Assembly (NCBI RefSeq): GCF_030028105.1
Contig: NC_092374.1
Coordinates: 193,187,345-193,251,344, forward strand
Source of the DNA: Mobula birostris
Taxonomy: Eukaryota
DNA length: 64,000 nt
Direction: 5' to 3'
The stretch's first letter is position 1, and each line of letters starts with the position of its first letter. The notes beneath the pieces were generated by a model. That model saw only the letters and a list, made by a program, of their open reading frames with translations, ran no database searches and was not told the DNA's origin. This document shows, piece after piece, positions 1 through 11,275 of this stretch. Both the position numbers and the translations under genes were made by a program.

Positions 1-900
1 ATAATTACGAAACACCATTTCCCGAGGAACTCCCACCGACACCCTACCAACGACAGCCGGTGCTACCGTCTGCACGATTGGCACTGCTAGTTACTATCAG
101 AGAGAGAGAAGCAGGGGGAGCAGATCAAATCAGAATATAACACACACCACACCATTCGGGGTACAGCAGCTTAGAGATATTGCTAAAGATATTGGGACAT
201 GTGTGCTCAGAGACGATCCTCGAGAGATTTTCCAAGCAACTAGTCATCAGGGAATAATATATGGCCTAGACAACTCTGAGGAAAGGAAATTGACTATAAT
301 GTGTTTACACCCAAATATACACTCAGCTTTGCCAGATATACAACAACATGGTGGGGGAACACGTGAGGATCTGAAAAACTGTTATGGGAGTTAACAGAGG
401 GGACCCAGTAGATGCCCTAAATGTTACCAAAGGAGAGTTGAACATCCCATTGCACTTGCATCCCGTTTCTGGACTGTGTTCCAAGGGGTTTATGGGACAA
501 AATTAGAGTGGGACCATTTAGGACCAGAGACATCAAATAGATGGTTAAGGACTCTGGTGTCTCACTGTACCGATGAATCTAAAAAGGCACTAGAAATGTT
601 TGATCCTTCTGAACCCACACATACTGAGGCATGGGTACTGAGGAAAACGTGTGGAGTGTGGGAAAAGGAGATACAAAGACCATCTAAACTCTCTAATGGG
701 AAGGTGATGCCTGTTAAAAGCCAGGCACCTGCCTGGTGAAATGAGGGTAGGAGACGCACCCTGAGGACCTCCTTGCCACACCACCAAGGGGCAAGGAAGG
801 GCAGAGGAAATGGAACACCGTTGAAGACGGGAGAAGGGGTCATCAGTGGGGGTGGGAGAGTTCTTGCCAAAGAAGTAGGCTTGAAGAAGGAGCTGGCGGA
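1..900 (+). mobile_element. Degenerate LTR-retrotransposon gag-like fragment (frameshifted)
   Basis: Broken reading frames 203-394 and 476-739, plus intervening GDPVDALN / EHPIALASRFW segments that resemble a Gypsy-type capsid. No LTR or pol visible in the window. Pattern recognition only. Confidence 0.35.
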
Positions 901-1440
901 GCCATTCCCATTCTGACATGTCTATCCACGGCCTCCTCTACTATAAAGATGAAGCCACACTCAGGTTGGAGCAACAACACCTTATCTTCTGTCTGGGTTG
1001 CCTCCAACCTGATGGCATGAACATTGACTTTTCTAACTTCCATTAATGCCCCACCTGCCCTTTGTACCCCATTCCTTATTTATTTATGATTTTTTTTCTC
1101 TCTCTCTCTTTTTTCTCCCTCTGTTCCTCTCACTATAACTCCTTGCCCATCCTCTGGGCTCCCCTCCCCCTTTCTTTCTCCCTAGACATCCCGTCCCATG
1201 ATCCTCTCCCTTCTCCAGCCTTGCATCCCTTTTGCCAATCAACTTTCCAGCTCTTCCAGTTCCGTCCCTCCCCCTCCAGTCTTCTCCTATCATTTCGGAT
1301 CTCTCCCTCCCCCTCCCACTTCCAAATCTCTTACTAGCTCTTCTTTCAGTTAGTCCTGACAAAGCCCGAAACATTAACTGTACCTCTTCCTGTAGATGCT
1401 CCCTGGCCTGCTGCATTCACCAGCATTTTTTATGTGTGCT
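901..1440 (+). mobile_element. Penelope-like element 3' fragment (end of GIY-YIG region, pyrimidine-rich tract, terminal repeat)
   Basis: Collinear with 10690-11230 and with other copies that carry the Y(I/V)GET..RL..(C/H)FAEH GIY-YIG motif. Decayed hammerhead-like motif at 1352-1380. Confidence 0.7.
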
Positions 1441-1443
1441 GCT

Positions 1444-1610
1444 GGTATTTTAATATTCGGTCTTTGTGTTGCAATTCTACATCAAGCAAGAGCAAGTTCA
1501 TCATTTCCTACCTTAATTCTCCTGTAGATGACCTATAAGCACTGAAAACTGCCCATGTCACTGTTGTGGTTTAGATGTGAGTTAATGAATACACTTTAGA
1601 GAGTTACAAT
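1444..1610 (+). other. Orphan paralogous copy of the IER3 3' flanking sequence
   Basis: ATTTTAATATTCGGTCTTTGTGTTGCAAT...CCTTAATTCTCCTGTAGATGACCTATAAGCACTGAAAACTGCC aligns with 7662-7825, downstream of the IER3-A poly(A) signal. Confidence 0.85.
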
Positions 1611-2418
1611 TAGATAAACAAGTCTTGTGGTCAGGGTGCATTCTTCCTGTGTGTGTGTTTCCTCTGGGTGCTCCTGTTTCTTCCCACAGTACCAAGACCT
1701 ACCTGTTAGTAGGTTACGTCATTGTAAGTTGTCCTGTAAATAGGCCAAGGTTAAATTGGTGGGCAGCTGGGCAGCACGGCTCAACAGGCCAGAAAGGCCT
1801 GTTCCATGCTGTATTGATAAATGTGTCAGAGAGATGTATTCGCAGCCTCCACGCCATTCCTACAAATGAGGCAACCGAAACTGGATACAATACTCCCTGT
1901 GTGGTCTAACTAGATTTTTATAGAGCTGCAACATTACCTTTACCTTTTGAAGTCAAACCCTTGACTAATGAAGGCCAATTATTACATCTCTTTTTAACCA
2001 ACTTTAAGGTGGATGTAGAAACTTGATCATAGAAACACTAAATCACTATTCCTATTTTGTACTATTTTATTTAGAAATGCAGAAAACCTACAGCACAATT
2101 CAGGCCCTTCGGCCAACAATACTGTGCCGAACATGTACTTACTTTAGAAATTACCTAGGGTTACCCATAGCCCTTTATTTTTCTAAGCTCCACGTACCAT
2201 TTATTGTAACTTACTAATTTTTGTGCTTTGCTCAGCACTTCTGCTGCACAATAACAAAAGTAATGACTTTTTCTCAGTGTAATAAATCAGATTCTGATTC
2301 CTGTGGAAGAACCCAGATGGGCTATGTTTGCAAATAAAGAAAGAATCACCTATTCAGTTCAGATGTGAAGTGAAATTCATAAACATGAGAAAGACTGTAG
2401 ATGCTGGAAATCCAAAAA

Positions 2419-2420
<2 letters not shown>

Positions 2421-2452
<32 letters not shown>
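2421..2452. repeat. (AC)16 microsatellite
   Basis: Read directly from the sequence. Confidence 0.97.
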
Positions 2453-2454
<2 letters not shown>

Positions 2455-2956
2455 CCAGAGAGTGGGGAATCTGTGTAATTCATTGCCACAGGCTGCTGTG
2501 GAGGCCAAGTCATTGGAAATATTTAAGGCAGAGGTTGATAGATCCATGATTAGTCAGGGTGTGAAGGAATACTGGGAGTAGGCAGGAGATTGGAGTTGAG
2601 AGGGAAAATAGATCAGCTGTGATGAAATAACAGCAGACTCAATGGGCCAAATGGCCTAATTCTGCTCCTATGTCTTATAGTCTAAAATGCTGGAGGAACA
2701 CACAAGGTCAGGCAGTAGCTATGGAAATACATAAATAGTCAACATTTCAGGTCGAGACCACCCTTCAGGATTGAGAAGGAACAGGGAAGCTGCCAAAGTA
2801 GAAAGGTGGGGTGGAGGGAAAGGAGGTTAGCTGGAAGGTGATAGGTGTAGCCAGGTGGGTGGGAAAGGTCAAGGACTGGAGAAGAAAGAATCTGATATAA
2901 GAGGAGTTTGGACTACAGGAGAAAGGGAAGGAGGAGGGGACCCAAAGCTAAGTGAT

Positions 2957-3870
2957 TAGATTAGATTATGAGGACACGCAGTCCTCTTTTATTGTCATTT
3001 AGTAATGCATGCATTAGTCATAGTCATAGTCATAGTCATACTTTATTGATCCCGAGGGAAACTGGGTTTTGTTACAGTTGCACCAACCAAGAATAGAGTA
3101 TAAATATAGCAATATTAAGAAATGATACAATGTTCCTCCAGTGTGATATCACAGAAACACAAGACAGACCAAGACTTAAAAACTGACAAAAACCACATAA
3201 TTTTTTTTAGATTATGAGAACACTCAGTCCTCTTTTATTGTCATTTAGAAATGCATACATGCATTAAGAAATGATACAATGTTTCTCCAGAGTGATATCA
3301 CAGAAAACAGGACAAACCAAAGACTAACACTGACAGAACCACATAATCATAACATATAGTTACAGCAGTGCAAAGCAATACCATAATTTGATGAAGAACA
3401 AACCATAGGAACAGTATAAAAAATGTCTCAGAGTCCCTGAGTTGATAGCAAGTGGCAAGAGGGAGAAACTCCCTGCCATAAACCTCCAGGCACTGTAAAC
3501 TTGACGATGCCTTGAAAGCAGCCGACCACAGCCAACACTGAGTCCGTCCGTTGAAAACTTCGAGCCTCTGACCGGCCCTCTAACACCGAGCACCGAACAA
3601 AAACTCTGCCGAGTGCTTCGACCCCAACCCCAGCCACCAGCAACAGGCAAAGCCGAGGATTTGGGCCCTTCCCCTCTGGAGAATCTCGATCTCACAACAG
3701 CAGTGGCAGCGAACTGGGCATTTCAGAAGTTTCTCCAGATGTTCCTCCATGCTTCTCATGTCTGTCTCCATCAAATCAGAATTGTGCACAGCATCCTACT
3801 TACAAATATGATATCATTCACCGGAGAGGCCGAACGCGCTGCATGTCGTCACCGTCTTCTCCTCTCTCCC
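2957..3870 (-). mobile_element. Non-autonomous LINE-derived element with (AATCT)n tail; 3' end duplicated and interrupted by a (TGACTA)n-tailed repeat
   Basis: Reverse complement matches the family at 51040-51685. (TAGTCA)4 at about 3016-3040 matches the tail of the repeat at about 48380-48640. Confidence 0.6.
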
Positions 3871-3874
3871 AGCC

Positions 3875-4920
3875 ATTCTGATAGGCAGATGAGAAGAGGT
3901 AGTGGGTCAGGGTGATGATAGACAACGGAGGGATTTTTTTACTAGAAGGAAAAATCGATACTTATGCCATCAGGCCAGAGGCTACCTGGATAGAATATAA
4001 GGTGTTGCTCCTCCACCCTGAAGGTGGCCTCATCTGGCAGAAGAGGAGGCCATAGACTGACATGTTGGAATGGGAATGTGAATGTGATTTAAAATGTCTG
4101 GCCACTAAGAAATTCCACTTGTGACAGACAGAGCAGAGGTGCTTAATGAACTGGTTCCCTAATTTATAACTGGCCTCACTAATATAGAGGAGGCCACTTC
4201 GTGAGCAACAGACACAATAGATTAACCCAGAAGATTTGCAGGTGAAGCATTGCCTCACCTGGAAGGACTGTTTGGGACCCTGAACGGAGGTGTATGTGCA
4301 GGTGTAGCACTTAGTCCACTTGCAGGGTTAAGTGCTAGGAGGGAAATTAATGGGGAGGGACAAATGGACAAGGGAATTGCAGAGGGAGCAATCTCTACAG
4401 AAAGCGGAGATGGGGGAGGTTGCAATGTGTTTAGTGGTGGGATCTCTTTGGAGATGGCAGAAGTTGCAGAGGATGTTGTGTTGGATGTGGAGGCTGATGG
4501 GGTGGTAGGTAAGGACAAAAGGAACTCTATCATTGTTAAGGTGGCGTGAAGATGGAGGTGAGCACGGATGTTCAGGAAATGGAGGAGATGTGCGTGAGAG
4601 CAGCATCAGTAATGGAGGGAGGGAAGTGCATTAGGGTTCTGTGAAGAAGGAGGACCTGGAATGGAAAGCCATATTCTGGGAACAGAAATGGCAGAGGTGA
4701 AGGAACTGAGAAAAGGGAATAGTATTTTTACAGGAGATAGGATAGGAAGAGCTATAGTCAAGATAACTAAATCAATAGGTTTATAGAAGATGTCTGTTGT
4801 CAGTTCCTCTCCAGAGCTCGAAACAGAGAGATCGAGAAAGGGGAGGGAGATGCCAGAAATGGACCAAGTGAATTAAGGGCAGGGTGGAAGTTAGAGGCAA
4901 AGTTGATGAAACTGAGGAGT
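3875..4920 (-). mobile_element. Penelope-like element fragment (RT C-terminus to GIY-YIG region), degenerate
   Basis: Reverse-strand match to 32820-34010 and 44010-44750; contains the RVPFVLTYHP motif (ORF 4328-4606). Confidence 0.7.
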
Positions 4921-5439
4921 TCGCAATTGATCAGCCATGATCACAGTGAATGGCGGTGCTGGCTCGAAGGGCCGAATGGCCTACTCTTGCACTTATTGTC
5001 TGTTGTCTATTGCCTTTCATTGGGAGGGTGTTGGTTTTGTGCAATACTATTTGTCAAAGGGTTATTACATAGCTTAAGGCAAGAATAGGTAAAGCCTTGA
5101 CAAACAGGAGGTGAAAATTAGATCAGGCGTCTTCTCAGGCATTTTCTGTTTGTTGCTCAGGATTTTCAGCATCTGCAGAATCTATGACTGTTGTAATGAG
5201 AGGGCAGATGGGGCTGAGGCCGAGTGTCCACTTACTGCCCTCCCCACCAAAAATGTTTTATGGTCTTTTTAAGCAACGAGCTACTTCATTAGAAATACTT
5301 GAGAATCGCAGCTGCAGACTTTGTGTTTCAATCAGGTCACGGCTTGAGTTCCTGCTTTATGGCTGTCTACAACGACAACCAAAGTAAGCTGCTTAATGCT
5401 AAAACATTCAGGCTGTAACTTGCTCTGACATTTCCTAGG

Positions 5440-5600
5440 CTTATTTCCAGAGCTTATTCCCCGAAACGAAGTATGGAAAATAACATGCTGTCTCAAAGCT
5501 GATGTGACAGGAGGCGGGACAGCTCCATCAAAGGCACCCAATCGGACAGCGAGAGCTGAAAAAGGCGGGGAACGGCTAGGCGATAAATTGCCCCGCGTCC
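5440..5600 (+). promoter_or_regulatory. IER3-A1 proximal promoter
   Basis: GC box GGAGGCGGGAC 5510-5520, CCAAT 5538-5542, GC box AAAGGCGGGG 5561-5570, TATA-like GATAAAT 5582-5588 about 100 bp upstream of the ATG, and TTCCCCGAA (GAS consensus) 5457-5465. The GC, CCAAT and TATA-like motifs keep the same order in the B2 promoter. Confidence 0.7.
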
Positions 5601-5681
5601 ACTGGAAACCTCAGAGCACAGATGTTTTTTTCTCTTTCTCCCGTTGTTGTCTAGTTACGCCCTCCTCAGATCCAAGAAGCC

Positions 5682-5891
5682 ATGTGTAGGGGCTGCCGCT
5701 ACCCCCAGCGAGCCTCCATGGTCCCCGGGCTCTCGCTGGAGTACAGGGACGACCCATTCCTGAAGAAGCAGAGGGGCATCGAGCCGGAGATCTTCACTTT
5801 CCAGCCAGTCGCACCAGTCAAGGACCGTGCGTCGGTCAGTGGCCGGAGCCCGGGAAAGCGTCGAGCTGTTAAAGTCCTCTATCCGGCGCAG
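5682..5891 (+). CDS. IER3: IER3/IEX-1-like paralog A, copy A1, exon 1 of 2 (joined protein 194 aa)
   Basis: MCR start in GAAGCCATG context. EPEIFTF and KRRAVKVLYP match the IER3 hallmark motifs (human GPEIFTFDP, RKRSRRVLYP). Ends CAG|GTAAGT, phase 0; intron 5892-6681. Confidence 0.9.
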
Positions 5892-6681
5892 GTAAGTGCC
5901 CAGCTCCTCAGAAGATGTTAAATTGATCTTAACCCCATCTCAATCAATGTCCAATGTGCACTGCCCTTTAAAACTGAGCCAGCCGCTTAGTACTTCAAGC
6001 AACCGGCTCCTAAGCCGATTGTAGGTGCTAAGCTGGCGCGCATCTGCACGTCAGGATCAAAACTAAAAGAGAACTCACTTGTAAGATTAGGTTGATTTTG
6101 TTATAAATAGATGTGGGCTGTTTGTATCGGCTGCGAGTGAGGGAGAGAGTGGAGGAGGGGAATGTCAGCATCCCCTGTTTCTATTTGATTCCCTGCTTCA
6201 AGACTCGCAGGAAATACCGATGTGGGAAGGGGCGGGGGTGTAGAGCAAAATAAACGGTAAACGTTCTCCCAAGTGTCCGCATCTGGTAGTGAGGGGGACA
6301 GACTTGGATGCAGACTTTCCTCAGTCACTTTATTCGGGCGATAGGGGTGGAGGGGAATGGCAGTTTGCAACTTGGAGCTTGGACCAGTTCTCCCTGGCAT
6401 TCTCCATCCGTCCCCCCCCCCCCCCGCCCCCACCCCCTTCCACACTGGCTCTGGTTATTTATCCCTGAACCAATGCCCCATTCAGGAGTTGTTTGTGGGA
6501 ACGGAAACGGGAGATCTGATGGTTACTGATCGTGTAAAACTTTGAGCGCAAATTTTGCCTGGTGCAATCGCGATTATGAGCAGAAGACGGAACATCCCCA
6601 GTTGACTGTAAAGAGCGTTGAGTTGTTGAGCCATGATAAAATGCAATAGCAATGTTGATCGTTTCTCTTATTCATCTGCAG

Positions 6682-7056
6682 GTCAGAAAGTATCTCCCAC
6701 CGGAAAAGAAGGACTGGGTAAAGAGGATGTTTTTCCTGTTCCTGGCCATTGTCCTGCTCCAGGTGTACGAAGCCACAGAGGGCAACGAGGAGCTCGCTGC
6801 TCCGGCGTCACCAGGCGACGTGACTCCGTTGTTGCCTACTAACAGATCCGCCCTGCTGCTGCCAAACCTGCCCATAACGGGGACTGAAACCAGCCCGGCC
6901 CTCGGGATCCCACGCGCCAGCCACGTCTGCGGATGGAACGGGTCGTCCCTCCACCAGGGCACTGCCGGGGATCTTCCCGATCAGCGGTGCGTCGTCTTGG
7001 ACCTCCGTGAGGTCAAGAGCGGGGACGGCCTGAACTCCGGTTTCCTTGCCCTGTGA
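6682..7056 (+). CDS. IER3: IER3/IEX-1-like paralog A, copy A1, exon 2 of 2
   Basis: Pyrimidine tract and CTGCAG acceptor ending at 6681. VRKYLPPEKKDWVKRMFFLFLAIVLLQV matches human [28 protein letters not shown] (hydrophobic anchor). NRS and NGS sequons; stop TGA 7054-7056. Confidence 0.9.
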   Translation, partial: VRKYLPPEKKDWVKRMFFLFLAIVLLQVYEATEGNEELAAPASPGDVTPLLPTNRSALLLPNLPITGTETSPALGIPRASHVCGWNGSSLHQGTAGDLPDQRCVVLDLREVKSGDGLNSGFLAL

Positions 7057-7348
7057 AGAGACGAGGCCGGCCTCAGTCGCTTGGGAAGTTTGACTCGGGC
7101 TTTCCTCGCCAAATAATATGAGCCACGGTGTCAGCTCGATCGCCAGGATGCGCCGCTAGCAACCTAGCGAGGGGAGGTAGAGGTGCCTTTCCAGGTCTTG
7201 TCAGGACTTGGGGCTTGAATGTGGGGGGCCACTCCCTGTTGGACTTTGCAGACGGAGGAGATAACTGTTAAACGTCGACCACGTTTACTTATTCGTCATT
7301 TGCAAGGCTACCCCGCAGCAATTCTGGGGCAGTAAATGCCACCTAACC

Positions 7349-7546
7349 TGTACATTAAACATTATATATTTATCTAATATTTTATTTATGTGCTTGCTGT
7401 GTAAGCAACATTTGTTTGACTGATGGAAATATAATGTATTTTGAAACACAATCTGTTCAGGTCTCGCTTTGAGAACTTGTTTGTAACTTCATTCACAAAA
7501 GTTTAAACCGTATTAACTGTATGTTCTATGAACACATGACAATAAA
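7349..7546 (+). promoter_or_regulatory. IER3-A1 3'UTR decay module: AREs, CDE stem-loop, poly(A) signal
   Basis: ATTTA 7368-7372 and TTATTTAT 7382-7389; TGTTC-TAT-GAACA triloop hairpin 7522-7534; AATAAA 7541-7546. Confidence 0.8.
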
Positions 7547-9344
7547 CTATTATTGGGGAATATCTTGTCTTATGGTTTTACTAATAGGCAATGAGCAACT
7601 TTTTAAGTAAGTTCAATGGTAATTGCAATGTTTGAAGCGTAACTTTGGACAGAACTGCAACATTTTAATATTCTGTCTTTGTGTTCCAATACTGTACAAC
7701 AGCAGGAGTAGGTTCATTATTTTCCACCTTAATTCTTCTGTAGATGACCCATAAGCATTGAAAACTGCCTGTGTCACTGCTATGCTTTAGTTGTGATCTA
7801 AAAAGTACCCATTTGTGAGTTACAAGCTGGAATCTAATTGAAGAATTTGAGTAGTTTTACATAGAATAATGGGTTAGAGTTCTTGAGTTGTAGAAGAACA
7901 GAACAGGCCTGTCAGTTCAAAGGTTCCATTTAATTTCAGAGAATGTATACAATAGACAACATGAAATTCTTACTCTCCACAGACATCCTCAAAACAGGGG
8001 GAAAAAAAACTCAGTGAATGACAGAAAAAAGCCCCCTGCCAGCCTCCCATGCACCAGCAGCATCAGCCATACCCCTTTCCACCCTCATTCTAATATAAAG
8101 CATCAGTATTCCCACCAATCACCATGCAAGCAACAGCAAAGGTCACGAGAGTACATCAAAAACTAACTGTTCACTCCAATGTTTTCGACATCCCACAGGC
8201 ACCGTCCCTCACTCACAAGGGACAGACAAATATCACTCTTTCCACAGGGAGAGAGCAGACATACAGGCATTGTTTCAATATCACAGTTCAAAGCATCAGT
8301 TTTTATTTTGAGTTCCCTGACTTGAGAATCGGCAGCAAACTCTCCATTGCCATTTTCAGAGAGTGATCAGATTTCTCCAACAGACACTCACACTGTCTTT
8401 GATGTTCCAGCTCCCACTATACTTCAGTTCATGACACTGGCAATAATTTGTCAGACTTCAGGCCAAACCCGGACATATTAAAACGTGGCCAATCTGCGAG
8501 TTCCAAGAGCAGCCATGCAGAACCGTAGTTTGAATGCCGCTGTAGATCAAAGATCCCAACAGGACCGCACAACACCATGAGAAAGCAAAATAGAGACATC
8601 ACAGTAGGAAGAATTTAACCACATTGTTGGGATGTCCAATATAAACAGCTCTACAATCAATTTAACCCTTCTGTCTTACATAGCCCACAACTCTCTGTTT
8701 TTCTTTCATCCCTCTGCCTATTTAAGAGTCTCCTAAATGTCCCTATTGTACCAACCTCAATCATCATCTTCAGCAGTGCCTTCCCGGCACCAACCACCCA
8801 CAAGCAAAAAAAAAACAACCTCAGGCATCAAATACCATCAAAGGACTTGGTAAATGTTGTTACTGATCTTGTCTCCATCAGGTCCAGCTCATTCCAGGTA
8901 ACCACTGCTCTTTGTGTGAAAAAATTATCACTCAGACTCTCTTTAACCCTGCGCTCTCTCATTTAAACCTATGCCATCTAGTTCTAGTCATCCCTATCAT
9001 CCAGTTGTAGTCATTCCTGTTATCATGGAAAATAGACACTGGCTGTCTACCTTAAAATGTATATAAGTTTATCCTGTCATCTCTCAGTGTCCTACACCCC
9101 AGGCTAAACAGACCCCCCTCCCATCCAATCTCTCCTCATAACTCAAGCCCTCCAATCTAACATACACGTGACTCTGTTCTACACTCTCTCCATTGTAACC
9201 CCATCTCTTCCTGCTGTGCAGTGACAGAACTGCACACAAGACTCCAAGTGCTGCTTTGTACAACTATTATAAACAATGCGTCATTTGTTGAAGCTGAGTG
9301 TAAGTGCTGCAGGCTGGCATCTGGTGGAATAGCAGATACATGGA

Positions 9345-10380
9345 GTGATCTCAAGCTGGTATGTAATACAGGGGTTCAGGGGTTTATATATGAACTAATT
9401 GATCCCTGGGAATGAGAACAGGCTGGAATACAATCCAAGGATTTAGGGCATTGATATATAAATTAATGAGTAACAAGGAATGAGTTACAGGCTCGGATCT
9501 AATACAGAGGTTCAGGCATTTTTACGTATAGAATAATGCACCCCTGGCAGGGAGTCACTGGTGTGGATTGGTCCAGGGTTTATCTCATAAATGGAATAAA
9601 AAATTGCCTGAGAGTGAATTACAGGCTGGAATTTAATCCAGGGGTTCAGAGGATACAATATGGCATAACGGACCGCCAGGAGTGAGTCACACTGGGGTCT
9701 GATCCACAGATTCAGGCATTGTATATATAGAATTATCTTCTCCAAAGATCATCACCTTGTTGTGGTAAAGAGGCTTGTGAGTTCCTGAGATCCAGAAAGT
9801 GATGCTGTCTGGAGATTAGCCATCTGGTGCTTAGCTCCTGGTAGGATCACCCATGGCGGTAAGGTCAAAGGGGAAGGTTCAGGCAGGGAGCAATCCAACC
9901 AAGACCTCACTGATGGAGCTGGCAGAAGATGATGACAGCGGTGAAGGGGCAGGAAGGCTGCAGCAATGAAGGATCCACAGCCGTCTTGCATTCCATGTCA
10001 CAGGTCCTGACTCCGATCTGTCAAAGACCATGTGGTTGCTGGCCGTGCTCATCCTCTCCATGTTAAACAAAGTCATGCATGGGTTTTCTCCTTTAATGGA
10101 ATCCATCCTAACATCTGGAACCCCTTTGGAGACCATTGTACTCAACTCAAGTGATCACGTTAGTACTATGTGTACAGATTCATGGACCCCCAAGAGTGAA
10201 TTACAGGCTGGAATATAATCCAGGGGTTCAGATCTTTTATATAAAGATATTGGATCCCTCAAGGTGAGATACGGGCTAGAATCTAATTTAAGGTTTTGTG
10301 AAGATTAATGAATAGCTTGGAGTAAGTAACAGGCTGAAACCATATTGAAAGGTTGGGATGGTTTATATATGTATGGATGT
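9345..10380 (+). repeat. Degenerate tandem repeat with a unit of about 65-70 bp (second copy at about 27630-28665)
   Basis: Recurrent GAGTGAGTTACAGGCTGGAATNTAATCCAGGGGTTCAG...TATATATAGAAT-like units starting near 9353, 9419, 9489, 9559, 9623, 9691, 10205, 10272 and 10331. Confidence 0.75.
9748..10140 (+). mobile_element. Short RTE 5'-region-like interspersed repeat inserted in the tandem array (relatives at about 28032-28424 and 46010-46380)
   Basis: Aligns with 46010-46380 (GATCATCA...GAGGCTYGTGAGT...GTGATGCTGTCTGGAG...CCTGGTAGGAYCACCCATGG). The RTE assignment is by resemblance. Confidence 0.5.
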
Positions 10381-10573
10381 CAGAGGGCATTGAGAAGGGC
10401 ATGACTGTCAGTGGCCAACCTGCAGTGGAGAAGTGAGTTCCAGGATATGAAAACCACCCCGACATAATTTGCTGTGAGAAGGGAGTGAAATTCAGTCACC
10501 GTCGACATGAACAGATGGGATAACATGAGAGAGTCCCATCCTGTCACAGAGTAGTTACAGTACCAATGTCAAT

Positions 10574-11275
10574 GGCCTTCCATATATTGGCGAGACTTGA
10601 CGCAGGCTGGGAGAATGTTTCGCTGAACACCTATGCTCTGTCTGCCAGAGAAAGCAGGATCTCCCAGTGGCCACACATTTTAATTCCATGTCCCATCCCC
10701 ATTTTGATATGTCTATCCATGGTCTCCTCTACTGTCGAGATGAAACCACACTCAGTCTGGAGGAACAAAACCTTATATTCTGTCTGGGTAGTCTCCAACC
10801 TGATGGCATGAATATTGACTTCTCTAACTTCCATTAATGCCCCACCTCCCCTTTGTACCCCAAACCCTTATTTATTTATTATTTTTTTCTCTCTTTTTTC
10901 TCCCTCTGTCCCTCTCACTGTAACTCCTTGCCCATCCTCTGGGCTCTCCTCCCCATTTCTTCCTCCCCAGGCTTCCCGTCCAATGATCCTCTCCCTTCTG
11001 CAGCCTCGTATCCCTTTTGCCAATCAACTGTCCAGCTCTTGGCTCTATCCCTCCCCCTCCTGTCTTCTCCTATCATTTCGGATCTCCCCCTCCCCTTCCC
11101 TCTTTCAAATCTCTTACTATCTCTTCTTTCAGTTAGTCCCGACAAAGGGTCTCGGCCCGAAACGTCGACTGTACCTCTTCCTAGAGATGCTGCCCAGCCT
11201 ACTGCATTCACCAGCATTTTTTTTATATGTGTATTGCTTGAATTTCCAGCATCTGCAGATTTACTCGGGTTTGCG
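10574..11275 (+). mobile_element. Penelope-like element 3' fragment (second copy 28858-29559)
   Basis: TATATTGGCGAGACT...CGCAGGCTGGGAGAATGTTTCGCTGAACAC encodes YIGET*RRLGECFAEH (GIY-YIG). Terminal region has a hammerhead-like motif at 11135-11170. Confidence 0.8.

Noticed and set aside
5410-5612. p53 half-site-like (TAACTTGCTC, TAACATGCTG) and NF-kB-like (TGGAAACCTC) motifs in the A promoter
   Set aside because: Imperfect, unpaired matches that are not cleanly conserved in B2; not distinguishable from chance.
6652-7056. Stand-alone 134-aa ORF (and the 119-aa ORF 11739-12098) with a signal-peptide-like MFFLFLAIVLL
   Set aside because: The N-terminal residues are the intron acceptor region. 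The ORFs are IER3 exon 2 and the hydrophobic stretch is the known internal anchor.
9345-10380. Spaced repeats superficially resembling a CRISPR array
   Set aside because: Vertebrate context, units are degenerate over their whole length, no unique spacers and no cas genes.
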